Of a DNA stretch of 23,605 bases, positions 1-8,798 are shown piece by piece (the stretch's first letter is position 1; every line of letters begins with the position of its first letter). A program made the position numbers and the translations under genes. Below the pieces are notes generated by a model. The model did not search any database. It worked only from the letters and a program-made list of their open reading frames with translations, and was not told the origin of the DNA. Source of the DNA: Fibrobacteria bacterium (GTDB lineage Bacteria > Fibrobacterota > Fibrobacteria > UBA11236); the NCBI GenBank assembly GCA_041746255.1, contig JBGTHM010000112.1, positions 1-23,605 on the forward strand, read 5' to 3'.

Positions 1-16
1 TGTTTCACGTGAAACA
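1..16. promoter_or_regulatory. parS: parS centromere-like site (ParB/Spo0J binding)
   Basis: Perfect palindrome TGTTTCACGTGAAACA matching the canonical parS consensus, next to typical origin-region genes. Confidence 0.9.
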
Positions 17-46
17 AAATTCCCCCGGATCAAAGAATGTGAAGGT

Positions 47-231
47 TTAGAGTGTCTAACAGAATGGGGTTTGTAGCGAGGGCGAGCGAGGAAGTTCAGG
101 GCGAGGCCCGAGGCCTTGAGAACCCTGAAGGCGTGGCTGGAGGCCACGTCGATGGGTTTGAAAGGTCGAGAATGACGCCCTGGACTTTCGTAGCCGGCCG
201 TAGTAGAACTCCATTCTGTTAGGCACTCTAA
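47..231. mobile_element. MITE-like / palindromic repeat element, non-autonomous
   Basis: 25-bp terminal inverted repeats (47-71 TTAGAGTGTCTAACAGAATGGGGTT; 207-231 AACTCCATTCTGTTAGGCACTCTAA, 2 mismatches). TA on both flanks (48-49, 229-230), nested internal stems, no transposase. Confidence 0.65.
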
Positions 232-240
232 GGGAAAGTA

Positions 241-1869
241 CTAGCTGGGAGATAGATTTTCCAGGCCTACCGGAAAAGTCAGCGGGCCATGCCGGGGAGG
301 CGCCATGCCGGGACGTGGGAAAAAGGTGGGAAGGGTGGGATTGGGTTTTTCAAAAGAAAGTGAAAAGCTTTGATCCCCAAGCAAAAATCGGGCTGCGGCA
401 AACCCGCCGGCCTCCAATCCCCGGTCAATGGTTGCCACCCTATTTCCCATAAAACGGGGCGAATACTCCAGAGAGAAGAGGCTGAAGCGGCTTGGGACAG
501 GTATTGGGGCTGAAGAAAGAGCGGATTCCAACCAGGATGCGATTTGGTCATTCAAGCAAACCAAGGCAGTAATTTGGGGAAAATTTGGCAATTTGGCGAG
601 GTAAAACCCGAAATATAATTTTGCAACAATCTCTTCAAAACCACCCTCTTTCTCCTGTAACTGTTGGAGAAGTTCCTGATAATAAGTGGGTAATTTATCC
701 TGCCGGGTATTAAGCCATTTCACAAAAGGTGTGGTTTTATTTAAGAGGCGCTCCCTTTTGTCTCGAGAATTCCCATTGGCCTTACAGAACGCTTCTTCCA
801 GGGAGAGTGCACGGAGCTCCGCTAACTCTCCCGTGAAAATGGAGTCCGGATGTAAAAATTGGAGTGATCCACCGGGCAATGTTTTTTTCAAGGCTACGGA
901 AAGAGCCTGCAGTAAGTGGGGGTCCCGATCGCCTGGGCAGGGAAGGATAAGCGCGACATGGCGGTGTCCCAATTTTCGCAGGGCATCCCCCAGGCAACGC
1001 GCCCGGTCTTCGGTATAACTACAGAATAAAAGGAATAGGCTCGGGAACTTCACAGTTGCAGGCGGAATAAGTCGTTTTTCGTGAAAAAAGGCAATAGTGG
1101 GGATTGGCAACTCATTGAGAACAGGAAGGCTATTTAGCGGAAAATGCTCTTCGGGAAGGAAGGGGGAAAAACTCATCCCTATAACAGGGCTTTTTTTATC
1201 GCTGACAATACCACTTAATTGCGCAAATTCGGGGCTATTTTTCAGATTGTCGCCACCCAGCAGAGGTAAAATATGCTTTTGCACCAGGATGCCATTTCTC
1301 TGCAATTCCTGGAAAAGCGTTTTATAGAAATCAGTCTCCCCACAAGAATCAAACAAGTGGGACGGAATACCGGTATGGAAGGCTATTGCAATAAAAGTGG
1401 CCTGGTAAGCGAAGTTTACTGGTAAGCGGACGAAGTTGACCCGGTGACGCCTTCCCGTTTTTTGGGTGTAGCCTTCTCGTAAAAGCTGGGTGTAGGCTTT
1501 CGAGACACTGCTCTTGGAAACGGAAAATTCCCGGACTATATCATGGAGCGGAGGCAGAAAATGCTCACGGCGATAAAAACCAATGCGAATTCTTTCCTTC
1601 AAAGTGTTCAATAGATTGCCTTTGGGCTGGATTCGCGGCTGCCAAAGGGCTTGGAGTACGGAGTGCGCGCCGACAAAACTGCCCTTTTTCCGAATTCGGG
1701 TGACCCGGTCCTGTTGGATCAATTGGGAGTATGCCAATTGTGCCGTCGCCGCGCTGATTCCCAGAATTGCCGCCAGTTCTTGATTGGTAGGTAAAGCCGT
1801 TCCCACCTGCGATTCACCGCATCGTGTTTCCAAATAATCCAGGGCGATTTGCTGCGAATTGGAGGTCAT
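241..1869 (-). CDS. Transcriptional regulator with two tandem GntR-type winged HTH domains and a C-terminal LacI/periplasmic-binding-protein-like sensor domain
   Basis: wHTH1 LPTNQELAAILGISAATAQLAYSQL..KKGSFV; wHTH2 LPPLHDIVREFSVSKSSVSKAYTQLLREG; LacI-like C-terminus ITALVCLNDQIA..VPSRFSL..ATID. Confidence 0.8.
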   Translation of the reverse strand: MTSNSQQIALDYLETRCGESQVGTALPTNQELAAILGISAATAQLAYSQLIQQDRVTRIRKKGSFVGAHSVLQALWQPRIQPKGNLLNTLKERIRIGFYRREHFLPPLHDIVREFSVSKSSVSKAYTQLLREGYTQKTGRRHRVNFVRLPVNFAYQATFIAIAFHTGIPSHLFDSCGETDFYKTLFQELQRNGILVQKHILPLLGGDNLKNSPEFAQLSGIVSDKKSPVIGMSFSPFLPEEHFPLNSLPVLNELPIPTIAFFHEKRLIPPATVKFPSLFLLFCSYTEDRARCLGDALRKLGHRHVALILPCPGDRDPHLLQALSVALKKTLPGGSLQFLHPDSIFTGELAELRALSLEEAFCKANGNSRDKRERLLNKTTPFVKWLNTRQDKLPTYYQELLQQLQEKEGGFEEIVAKLYFGFYLAKLPNFPQITALVCLNDQIASWLESALSSAPIPVPSRFSLFSLEYSPRFMGNRVATIDRGLEAGGFAAARFLLGDQSFSLSFEKPNPTLPTFFPRPGMAPPRHGPLTFPVGLENLSPS

Positions 1870-1973
1870 GAATTATTTAATTGATTTATTAGTGGAATTG
1901 ATACTGTAAATATAATGGATAGTGAAGGGATAGGTCGGAAATAACGCCATAAAGTGCGGAAGATCGCAGCGAG

Positions 1974-2753
1974 TTAGGGATTGTGTTGGGTCGGAGCGAA
2001 GCGCCGATGAGCCCATCCATACCAATAATCGGGATGGCGCGATACCAGAATTTCCAGAATGCGATTGTAGCGCCGTGCCAAACGAGATTTTTCCAGAGGG
2101 CCATGGCCTAGGGCCACTAAGCGAACCTCACCACCCGGAAGCAAAACGCCGAAGTAAACGGTGAGCACCTCTTTTTCCGTCAGAAATGCGGGAAGCCGAT
2201 TCATTTCTACGGATTGGCCCAAAAATTGGGAGAAAAGGCCGGAATCGCCTTTCTCGGGACGTTGATCCCAGAGAAACGCCACAACCTTTCCCGCCCGCAG
2301 GGCTTTCATCACCCCACGGGGCCAATCTCGAGTAAGGGTGGGCAGCTGAATGCGTTTCCGGGCTAGGTTTAACAAAGTATTTGCATGCCGGTTAGCCAGA
2401 GGCTTGGCGCAGGCGATTAAAGGCATACCTCCCTTGCGAAGCCAGCTTCCCAAAAGCTCCCAATTGTGGAAATGGCCTACCAATAGCAAGCCCCCCTGGG
2501 TTTGTAAATCCTTGTATTTTAAGGCGTCTGAAGGCCGTAAAGAAAGGCTTTGTCCGTAAAAACCGCCCAAGAAGCGCAATAAATCTTGAGCCATATGGCG
2601 GAAAAGTTTCCAGCGGAAGGCCAGGGAGTCATGGAAGCCCGTTCGGATGAGGTTGGTCCGGATTATCGGGGCTTTCCATCCGAATAGGAAGAAGAACAGG
2701 GCCAGGAAAGAGCTGAATACCTCTAGATATAGACGAAACAGAGTCTCACGCAC
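1974..2753 (-). CDS. Lipid A late acyltransferase (LpxL/HtrB family, lysophospholipid acyltransferase superfamily)
   Basis: GHFHNWE (H-x4-E) motif, AFLWDQRP, FLGQ and C-terminal HPDYWYGWAHRRF. Start uncertain: GTG 2753 or 2786 preferred, since the TTG at 2876 lies inside the rpmH promoter. Confidence 0.8.
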   Translation of the reverse strand: MRETLFRLYLEVFSSFLALFFFLFGWKAPIIRTNLIRTGFHDSLAFRWKLFRHMAQDLLRFLGGFYGQSLSLRPSDALKYKDLQTQGGLLLVGHFHNWELLGSWLRKGGMPLIACAKPLANRHANTLLNLARKRIQLPTLTRDWPRGVMKALRAGKVVAFLWDQRPEKGDSGLFSQFLGQSVEMNRLPAFLTEKEVLTVYFGVLLPGGEVRLVALGHGPLEKSRLARRYNRILEILVSRHPDYWYGWAHRRFAPTQHNP

Positions 2754-2854
2754 CCTATAGAGATAGCCATGGTAGACCTGCAGCACAAGGTCGGAAGGTA
2801 TTGGGATTAAAGGAGTTGTAAGGCCCGGATTCCAAAACTTTGCCCGCCCGGCCC

Positions 2855-2883
2855 TTGACCATTGGCGGTGCGGCAATTAAATT
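2855..2883 (+). promoter_or_regulatory. sigma70-type promoter for the rpmH operon
   Basis: TTGACC (2855-2860), 17 bp spacer, TAAATT (2878-2883), 34 bp upstream of the rpmH ATG. Confidence 0.55.
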
Positions 2884-2917
2884 CAACATCCAATTTTAAC
2901 CGGAAAATTCGCGAAAA

Positions 2918-3079
2918 ATGAAGAGAACATTCCAGCCGAGAAATCGCAAGAGGGTGAACAAGCATGGCTTTCGGACCCGTATGGCCACAAAAGATGGTCG
3001 CGCAGTTCTGGCCCGTAGACGTGCAAAAGGTCGTCACCGTTTAACGGTAAGCGACACGATGGCGCATAAGGATATCTGA
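2918..3079 (+). CDS. rpmH: 50S ribosomal protein L34 (53 aa; absent from the ORF track)
   Basis: Hand translation [53 protein letters not shown]; canonical position upstream of rnpA. Confidence 0.98.
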   Translation: MKRTFQPRNRKRVNKHGFRTRMATKDGRAVLARRRAKGRHRLTVSDTMAHKDI

Positions 3080-3151
3080 TTGTGTCTTCCGGGGATGTTC
3101 CATCTCCCGGATTAGGCTTTCAGAAAGTTTTCAAAGGTCGAGAGGAGCGGA

Positions 3152-3550
3152 GTGTCATCCGATTCACATCACGACCCGGAAAAAATTCCTTTTCGTCTTC
3201 GCCGGCTGGGCCGGCCCTCCATGTATCGTACTTTAATGTCCCATGGAAGATCGCTGCGGCGGTCGCCTGTGACTTTGCGTTATTACCAACCCGATGAGCC
3301 GGAGATATCCCGCGTAGGCTTCATTATTCGCAAAACCGTAGGCAAGGCCAATCGCAGGAATTGTTTACGCCGCGTTTTGCGGGCGGTGTTTCAAAATGAA
3401 TTCGAACGCTTGTCTCAACCCACTTGGGTTATCTTTGAAGTTTCCAAGGATGCTTGGCAACTGACCCGGCGGCAATTCCGAGATGTCGCGAGTGAACTTT
3501 TCGCCGAATTGGTGGGCCGGGAGAATAAAGAAGAATGTTCAAAAAAATAA
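3152..3550 (+). CDS. rnpA: Ribonuclease P protein component
   Basis: [24 protein letters not shown] (RNR-like motif); GAGGAG SD upstream; synteny rpmH-rnpA-yidD-yidC. Confidence 0.93.
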   Translation: MSSDSHHDPEKIPFRLRRLGRPSMYRTLMSHGRSLRRSPVTLRYYQPDEPEISRVGFIIRKTVGKANRRNCLRRVLRAVFQNEFERLSQPTWVIFEVSKDAWQLTRRQFRDVASELFAELVGRENKEECSKK

Positions 3551-3804
3551 TCACGCTGATATTGACCGCCTGCATTCGCTTCTATCAGGGAGTGCATGGT
3601 GTTTTTTTTTCGGGATGCTGCCGCTTTCATCCTTCTTGCTCCGAATACGGAGTCGAAGCGATTCAAAAACGGGGACCTCTGATCGGCATTCTTTTGACTG
3701 CCGGTCGTATTCTGCGCTGCCAGCCTTTATGCCAAGGCGGCTATGACCCGGTTCCCGAGCCAGGCGAAAACGGATTCGGAAGTACGAGGAGAGTTATATC
3801 GTGA
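3535..3804 (+). CDS. yidD: Membrane protein insertion efficiency factor YidD
   Basis: [10 protein letters not shown] and [17 protein letters not shown] motifs; synteny. Confidence 0.95.
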   Translation: MFKKIITLILTACIRFYQGVHGVFFSGCCRFHPSCSEYGVEAIQKRGPLIGILLTAGRILRCQPLCQGGYDPVPEPGENGFGSTRRVIS

Positions 3805-5678
3805 ACAGTAAAGCGACCACCCTCTTGGGTTGGGCCATCATTCTCATTCTGGTTTTCTTGTGGACGAATCACAAAAGCCAGCAGGCCCAAGCGCGAACAG
3901 CGCAGGAGCGCGCCGACTCCCTCGCCGCGGTACAGTCGGCTCCGACGGAAAGTTCCGCGCACGCTGCTCCCCCCGCCGCGCCGACCGCGAGGGATGAGGC
4001 GTATTCCGCCGACACCGCGGCCGCTGTTGAAGAAGCGCTGGTTGAGAGTTCCGAAGGGACGAAACCAGAGACGGTCCGGAGTGAACCCTCACCACGCCAA
4101 ATCAAAGTGGAGACCAATCGATTCACGGTTACGCTCGACAACTTGGGCGCGCGCCTGAGTGGTTTACGCATTCAGGATCTTGAAGGCCATGTTCCCTACA
4201 AGTCCGAGCTTCTAGATGTAACACGTAAAGGCGCACTGACCTTGCAACTGGGAAATAACGATCTGGGAGAGGTGCGTTGGCGGACGGAAGCGGAGCATAA
4301 CCATTACCGAGTCTCCAAAAGCGCCCTTGCATTGGTGTTCACCCGCGAAGTTCCGGGAATCGGCACCGTCAAGCGCACTTACACATTTCATCCGGATAGT
4401 ACCGGATTTTCCCATGAGCTGGAAATACCCGATTATTCGAATGCGTTTTCGCTGCATTGGGACGCCGGACTGAATGAAACCGAAAAATTGCCCGAAGGCG
4501 ATGGTTTCGGCTTGCTTGCTTCCTATTTCAGCGAGTTGGTGCTTTACAACGGCAACAACGTTTTGCGCGAGGCCATAAGCGATCGTAAAACCTTCAACGA
4601 GGAAAGCGGCGTAATGGAATGGGTGGGGTTGCGGCGGAAATACGTGGCGACTTTGCTTAATTTCAATGGCCCGGTCACCCATGCCGTGACGGCCAGGGTT
4701 ATCCATGACCAAGAAGGCCCGGCCGACGCTCCGAAAACCTATAGCCTGGAAATCAAAGGCCAAAATTACGATGCCGGTTCGCTGAATTTCGATTTCAAAG
4801 TGCTTCCCCTCAGCTATGAAAAACTGAAGGCCTATAACGAGGATTACCACAAAATCATTTTTTCCGGTTGGGAATGGTTTCTGCGCGCGGATATCTGGTA
4901 TGTGGCCCTGTGCGGAATGGTGCTCAACCTGTTGAATTTCTTTTATGGGCTCATCCCGAATTACGGTGTGGCCATCATCCTCCTTACCCTGCTGGTGCGG
5001 ACGGTAACTTTTCCGCTCACTATTTCACAAACCAAATCCGCCGCGAAAATGCAATTGCATACTCCCGCCATTACCAAAATCAGGGAGAAGCATAAAGGCC
5101 AGCCGCAGAAGATGAACCAGGAAATCATGGCCTATTATCAAAAGGCCGGGGTCAATCCTTTCGCATCCATGTTGGGCTGCTTTCCGGTGCTTTTACAAAT
5201 GCCGATTTTCATCTCCCTGTTCAACGTGCTGGGTCGAGCGGTGGAACTGAAGGGCGCCAATTTCTTCGGCTGGATTGGTGACTTGTCCCATCCGGACGTC
5301 ATCATCGAGGCCATTCGAATTCCCTACATCTTTCCATTGGGGCTGACGGTGCTGCCTTTCCTGATGGCGGGTACCATGTATGTGCAGATGAAACTGACCA
5401 TTAAGGATCCGAATCAAAAATTCATGATTTGGATGATGCCGCTTATGATGTTCGTCTTTTCCTGCTCCTTCCCATCAGGATTGGTGCTGTACTGGACGGT
5501 ATCCAATGTTTTCACTATCGGACAAACCTATTTTTATACCAGTAAGGTGACGAAGAGCTTTCAAGCCGCCGGCTTGCCATCGATTTCGACTGGGGAAACT
5601 CCTCCCAAAGCCACAACGCCGAAGCTGCCAAAACAACCGCCCAAGCAGCCCCGAAAGCGTCCGACCAAAAAACCCTGA
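3801..5678 (+). CDS. yidC: Membrane protein insertase YidC
   Basis: N-terminal TM anchor, large periplasmic domain, [38 protein letters not shown]. Confidence 0.97.
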   Translation: MNSKATTLLGWAIILILVFLWTNHKSQQAQARTAQERADSLAAVQSAPTESSAHAAPPAAPTARDEAYSADTAAAVEEALVESSEGTKPETVRSEPSPRQIKVETNRFTVTLDNLGARLSGLRIQDLEGHVPYKSELLDVTRKGALTLQLGNNDLGEVRWRTEAEHNHYRVSKSALALVFTREVPGIGTVKRTYTFHPDSTGFSHELEIPDYSNAFSLHWDAGLNETEKLPEGDGFGLLASYFSELVLYNGNNVLREAISDRKTFNEESGVMEWVGLRRKYVATLLNFNGPVTHAVTARVIHDQEGPADAPKTYSLEIKGQNYDAGSLNFDFKVLPLSYEKLKAYNEDYHKIIFSGWEWFLRADIWYVALCGMVLNLLNFFYGLIPNYGVAIILLTLLVRTVTFPLTISQTKSAAKMQLHTPAITKIREKHKGQPQKMNQEIMAYYQKAGVNPFASMLGCFPVLLQMPIFISLFNVLGRAVELKGANFFGWIGDLSHPDVIIEAIRIPYIFPLGLTVLPFLMAGTMYVQMKLTIKDPNQKFMIWMMPLMMFVFSCSFPSGLVLYWTVSNVFTIGQTYFYTSKVTKSFQAAGLPSISTGETPPKATTPKLPKQPPKQPRKRPTKKP

Positions 5679-7006
5679 GCGCAGTCCTGAAACCGCCCAC
5701 CATAGCCGCGCTCTCGACACCGCCGGGACAGTCCGGCTTGGCGGTGGTACGTCTTTCCGGCCCCGGCTGTCTTTCGCTGGCCGCGAAATTTCTTCGACCT
5801 TCCGTTCCCAAACCGCGCTATATGCACTATGGCCGCTTTTGCGATCGGGCCACGGGTGAAATCGTGGATAGGCTCAACTTCGTCTTTTATCCCGGCCCCG
5901 CCAGCGCGACGGGCGAAGATATGCTGGAAATTTTCCCGCACGGCAATCCCCTTCTGGTGGAACATATTCTGGACCTCCTCTTACAATCCGGAGAGGCGCG
6001 TCTGGCCGAGGCGGGAGAGTTCACGCGCCGCAGTTTTGAGAACGGTAAAATCGATTTGGTACAAGCCGAGTCCGTAGGTGAAGTCATCCATGCGCAAAAC
6101 CGCGCGGCACTGAAAAACGCGCAGAAGTTGCTGGCGGGAGAATTAAGCGCGCGCCTCCGGGGGTTGCGCGATCAAATTCTGGAGTTGTCTGCGCTGCTTG
6201 AACTCGATGTGGATTTCGCCGAGGAAGAAGCCGACCCCGATTATGCGTCCTGGAAAACCCGGCTCGAGGCGGTGGACCGGGAACTCAAACATTTGTTGAA
6301 GGGGTTCGAGTCGAGCAAGGCTTTGAATCGTGTTCCGCTGGTCGCCCTGTTCGGCGCACCCAATGCGGGCAAGTCCAGCCTTATCAATGCCCTGCTCGGA
6401 TTGGAGCGGTTGCTGGTTTCTCCACGCGCGGGCACCACGCGCGATTATGTGGAAGTGCCTTTTCGTTTGCCGGGTGGTTTGATCCATTTGGTAGATACCG
6501 CCGGTCTTGGCCAAGCCATAGATGATTTAGACGAGGCGGCCATGGGTAGGACGCTGCAGGTGCTGGAGCGTTCCGATTTCAAAATCGGTGTGCTGGATGG
6601 CACGGATGCGGAAATGGATACCGGGGTGGGTAAGGAAAGATTCGATTTGCAGGTGCGCACCAAGGCGGACTTGCCTGGATTTGTGTCCGACTCCGGGAGC
6701 CATTGCGTTTCCAGCCTTACGGGAGAAGGTCTTAAAGAGTTGGTCGAGATATTACAAACCCGGTTGTTTCAAGGAGGCGCGGACGAGGAAAGCGTACTGC
6801 TCGCGGGCGAAAGGCAATTCCGGGCGGTTAGTGCGGCGCAGGAAAGGATTGCGGCGGCGTTGGCGCAAATGGAAAAGAGCCCGGCCATAGAAGTGTTGGC
6901 TTTCGAGGTGCGCGAGGCAGGGGATGAGATGCGGGCTTTGCTCGGCGAAATTTCGGTGGATGACGTGCTGCACCGGATCTTTTCTTCGTTTTGTATCGGG
7001 AAGTAG
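5675..7006 (+). CDS. mnmE: tRNA modification GTPase MnmE (TrmE)
   Basis: GAPNAGKSS, GTTRD, DTAG, C-terminal FSSFCIGK. The conserved N-terminal TIAALSTPPGQSGL lies upstream of the ORF-track start (5738), implying a CTG start at 5675 or 5687. Confidence 0.96.
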   Translation: MSAVLKPPTIAALSTPPGQSGLAVVRLSGPGCLSLAAKFLRPSVPKPRYMHYGRFCDRATGEIVDRLNFVFYPGPASATGEDMLEIFPHGNPLLVEHILDLLLQSGEARLAEAGEFTRRSFENGKIDLVQAESVGEVIHAQNRAALKNAQKLLAGELSARLRGLRDQILELSALLELDVDFAEEEADPDYASWKTRLEAVDRELKHLLKGFESSKALNRVPLVALFGAPNAGKSSLINALLGLERLLVSPRAGTTRDYVEVPFRLPGGLIHLVDTAGLGQAIDDLDEAAMGRTLQVLERSDFKIGVLDGTDAEMDTGVGKERFDLQVRTKADLPGFVSDSGSHCVSSLTGEGLKELVEILQTRLFQGGADEESVLLAGERQFRAVSAAQERIAAALAQMEKSPAIEVLAFEVREAGDEMRALLGEISVDDVLHRIFSSFCIGK

Positions 7007-7392
7007 CCGAAATAATATCCCAGGATCTTGATAGCGATCACATTTCAGTGACTCCGCAGAGACTAAATTTCCTACTTAGGTCTCATATTCTGAACACCCG
7101 AAACCCTGAGCATTTCGGTAGAGATTCGTTAGCCCGATGATGCTCGCGCTGAAAATGCTGGACATTAGAATCGTCACCAAAAAAATTCCACCGAAAGGTT
7201 TAGAGATACTCGACATTGATGCGGAACCGGCTGTTCTGGATAAACAGGTGGAGATAACATGGCAATGGAGGATATGATCGAGGAAGGTAAAACGTGAATC
7301 GGGAGGTCGTGAAGAAAGTCACCCGCAATAACCCAAAACGGGAGTCTAAATCGTCGGGCGTTGGTTTTTCGGACACGAATACTTTTACGGTC

Positions 7393-8745
7393 ATGAAAGA
7401 ATCCCAGCGTATCGAATGGAAGGAGACCTGGCGGGACGAGTATTTGCGATGGATATGCGGATTCGCCAATGCCGAGGGCGGTATTCTAATTATAGGAAAG
7501 AACGACAAAGGCGAATTCGTCGGACTCACCGATGCTAGGAAGCTCCTGCAGGATATCCCCAACAAGGTGCGCGACATCCTAGGCATTCTGGTGGACGTGA
7601 ATCTACGCGGAAAGGCGGGGAGGGAATTTCTGGAGATCAAGATAGAGCCCTTTCCCTATCCTGTGAGCTACAAAGGCGAATACCATTTCCGCAGCGGAAG
7701 CACCAAGCAGGAGCTCAAAGGTGCCATGCTGGATCGATTCCTTTTGCGGAAGCAGGGTCGCACCTGGGACGGCTTTCCCGTGCCCCAGGTGTCCACGCGA
7801 ACCCTTTCCAAAACGGCGATTGCGACATTTCGCGCCCTAGCCAAGCAGAGTCGCCGTCTAGATACAGATTTGCTGCGCGGTTCGGCTTCCGTCCTAGCTG
7901 AAAAACTGAATCTTTTAGATGGACACCATCTCAAGCGTGCGGCTGTGCTTTTGTTCCACCCTAATCCGGAGCGATTTTTCGCGGGTGCATTCATAAAGAT
8001 CGGTTACTTCCTGACCGATTCGGAATTGGTTTATCATGACGAAATCCATGGAGACTTGTTCAGCCAAGCCGGCAAGACTATAGAGGTACTGCTTTCCAAG
8101 TACCTCAAAGCGGCCATCGGCTATCAGGGGATTCAGCGAGTTGAAAACCTCCCTGTACCCGAAGATGCATTGCGTGAGTCGGTTCTCAATGCCATCATCC
8201 ACCGTGACTATTCGATTGCAGCTCCGATTCAGATCCGGGTTTATGCTGATCGCTTGAAGATATGGAATCCGGGTGAATTGCCCGAGAATTGGTCGGTTAA
8301 AAAACTTTTGCGACAGCATCCGTCCAGGCCGTTCAATCCTTCCATTGCCAATGCATTCTTCCGTGCCGGAGAGATCGAAGCATGGGGACGGGGAATTCAG
8401 CGTATTTATGATGCCTGCCGGGAAACGGAGTCTCCTAAACCCATGATTGCGTATGAACCAGGCGAACTTTCGATGGAATTCCCCTTCTCACCGAGCTACC
8501 TGAAAACCATCCCTCCCGGTTCCGCCTCAAGGTTGGGTGAAAAGTTGGGTGAAAAGTTGGGTGAAACCCGTGCCGCCATTCTTCAGGCCATGTATCTAAA
8601 TCCGCGTGTCAGCGCCAAGGCTTTGGCGGCTGACCTGGGCTTGAGCACTACGGCTATCGAAAACCAAATTCGCATACTCAAGAATGAGAAATTCGTCCGA
8701 CGCCTAGGCCCAGCCAAGGGGGGATATTGGGAGGTGCAGATATGA
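7393..8745 (+). CDS. Schlafen/AlbA_2-domain protein with central HATPase_c_4-like region and C-terminal wHTH
   Basis: ESQRIEWKE and ICGFANAEGGILIIG (AlbA_2); ALRESVLNAIIHRDY, IWNPGELP, NPSIANAF, EAWGRGI; C-terminal HTH ending RLGPAKGGYWEV. ATG 7393 preferred over GTG 7294. Confidence 0.85.
   Translation: MKESQRIEWKETWRDEYLRWICGFANAEGGILIIGKNDKGEFVGLTDARKLLQDIPNKVRDILGILVDVNLRGKAGREFLEIKIEPFPYPVSYKGEYHFRSGSTKQELKGAMLDRFLLRKQGRTWDGFPVPQVSTRTLSKTAIATFRALAKQSRRLDTDLLRGSASVLAEKLNLLDGHHLKRAAVLLFHPNPERFFAGAFIKIGYFLTDSELVYHDEIHGDLFSQAGKTIEVLLSKYLKAAIGYQGIQRVENLPVPEDALRESVLNAIIHRDYSIAAPIQIRVYADRLKIWNPGELPENWSVKKLLRQHPSRPFNPSIANAFFRAGEIEAWGRGIQRIYDACRETESPKPMIAYEPGELSMEFPFSPSYLKTIPPGSASRLGEKLGEKLGETRAAILQAMYLNPRVSAKALAADLGLSTTAIENQIRILKNEKFVRRLGPAKGGYWEVQI
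8532..8566 (+). repeat. 12-bp in-frame tandem repeat (GTTGGGTGAAAA, ~2.9 copies; LGEK repeat)
   Basis: Read directly from sequence; encodes LGEKLGEKLGE linker before the HTH. Confidence 0.9.
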
Positions 8746-8798
8746 GACAGAGGGGGGGGATGGCTTTTCCCGGGTTGCAACTCAAGGAGAAAAGAGGC

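Noticed and set aside
1870..1930. AT-rich stretch as a DNA unwinding element
   Set aside because: No adjacent DnaA boxes; more simply the promoter region of the regulator.
3602..3610. T9 tract in yidD (also G8 at 8752-8759) as phase-variation sites
   Set aside because: yidD frame is intact and housekeeping; the G tract is intergenic between convergent stops.
6989..7006. att site duplication of the mnmE 3' end (TTTTGTATCGGGAAGTAG)
   Set aside because: No convincing second copy and no integrase in the window, so no island boundaries can be called.
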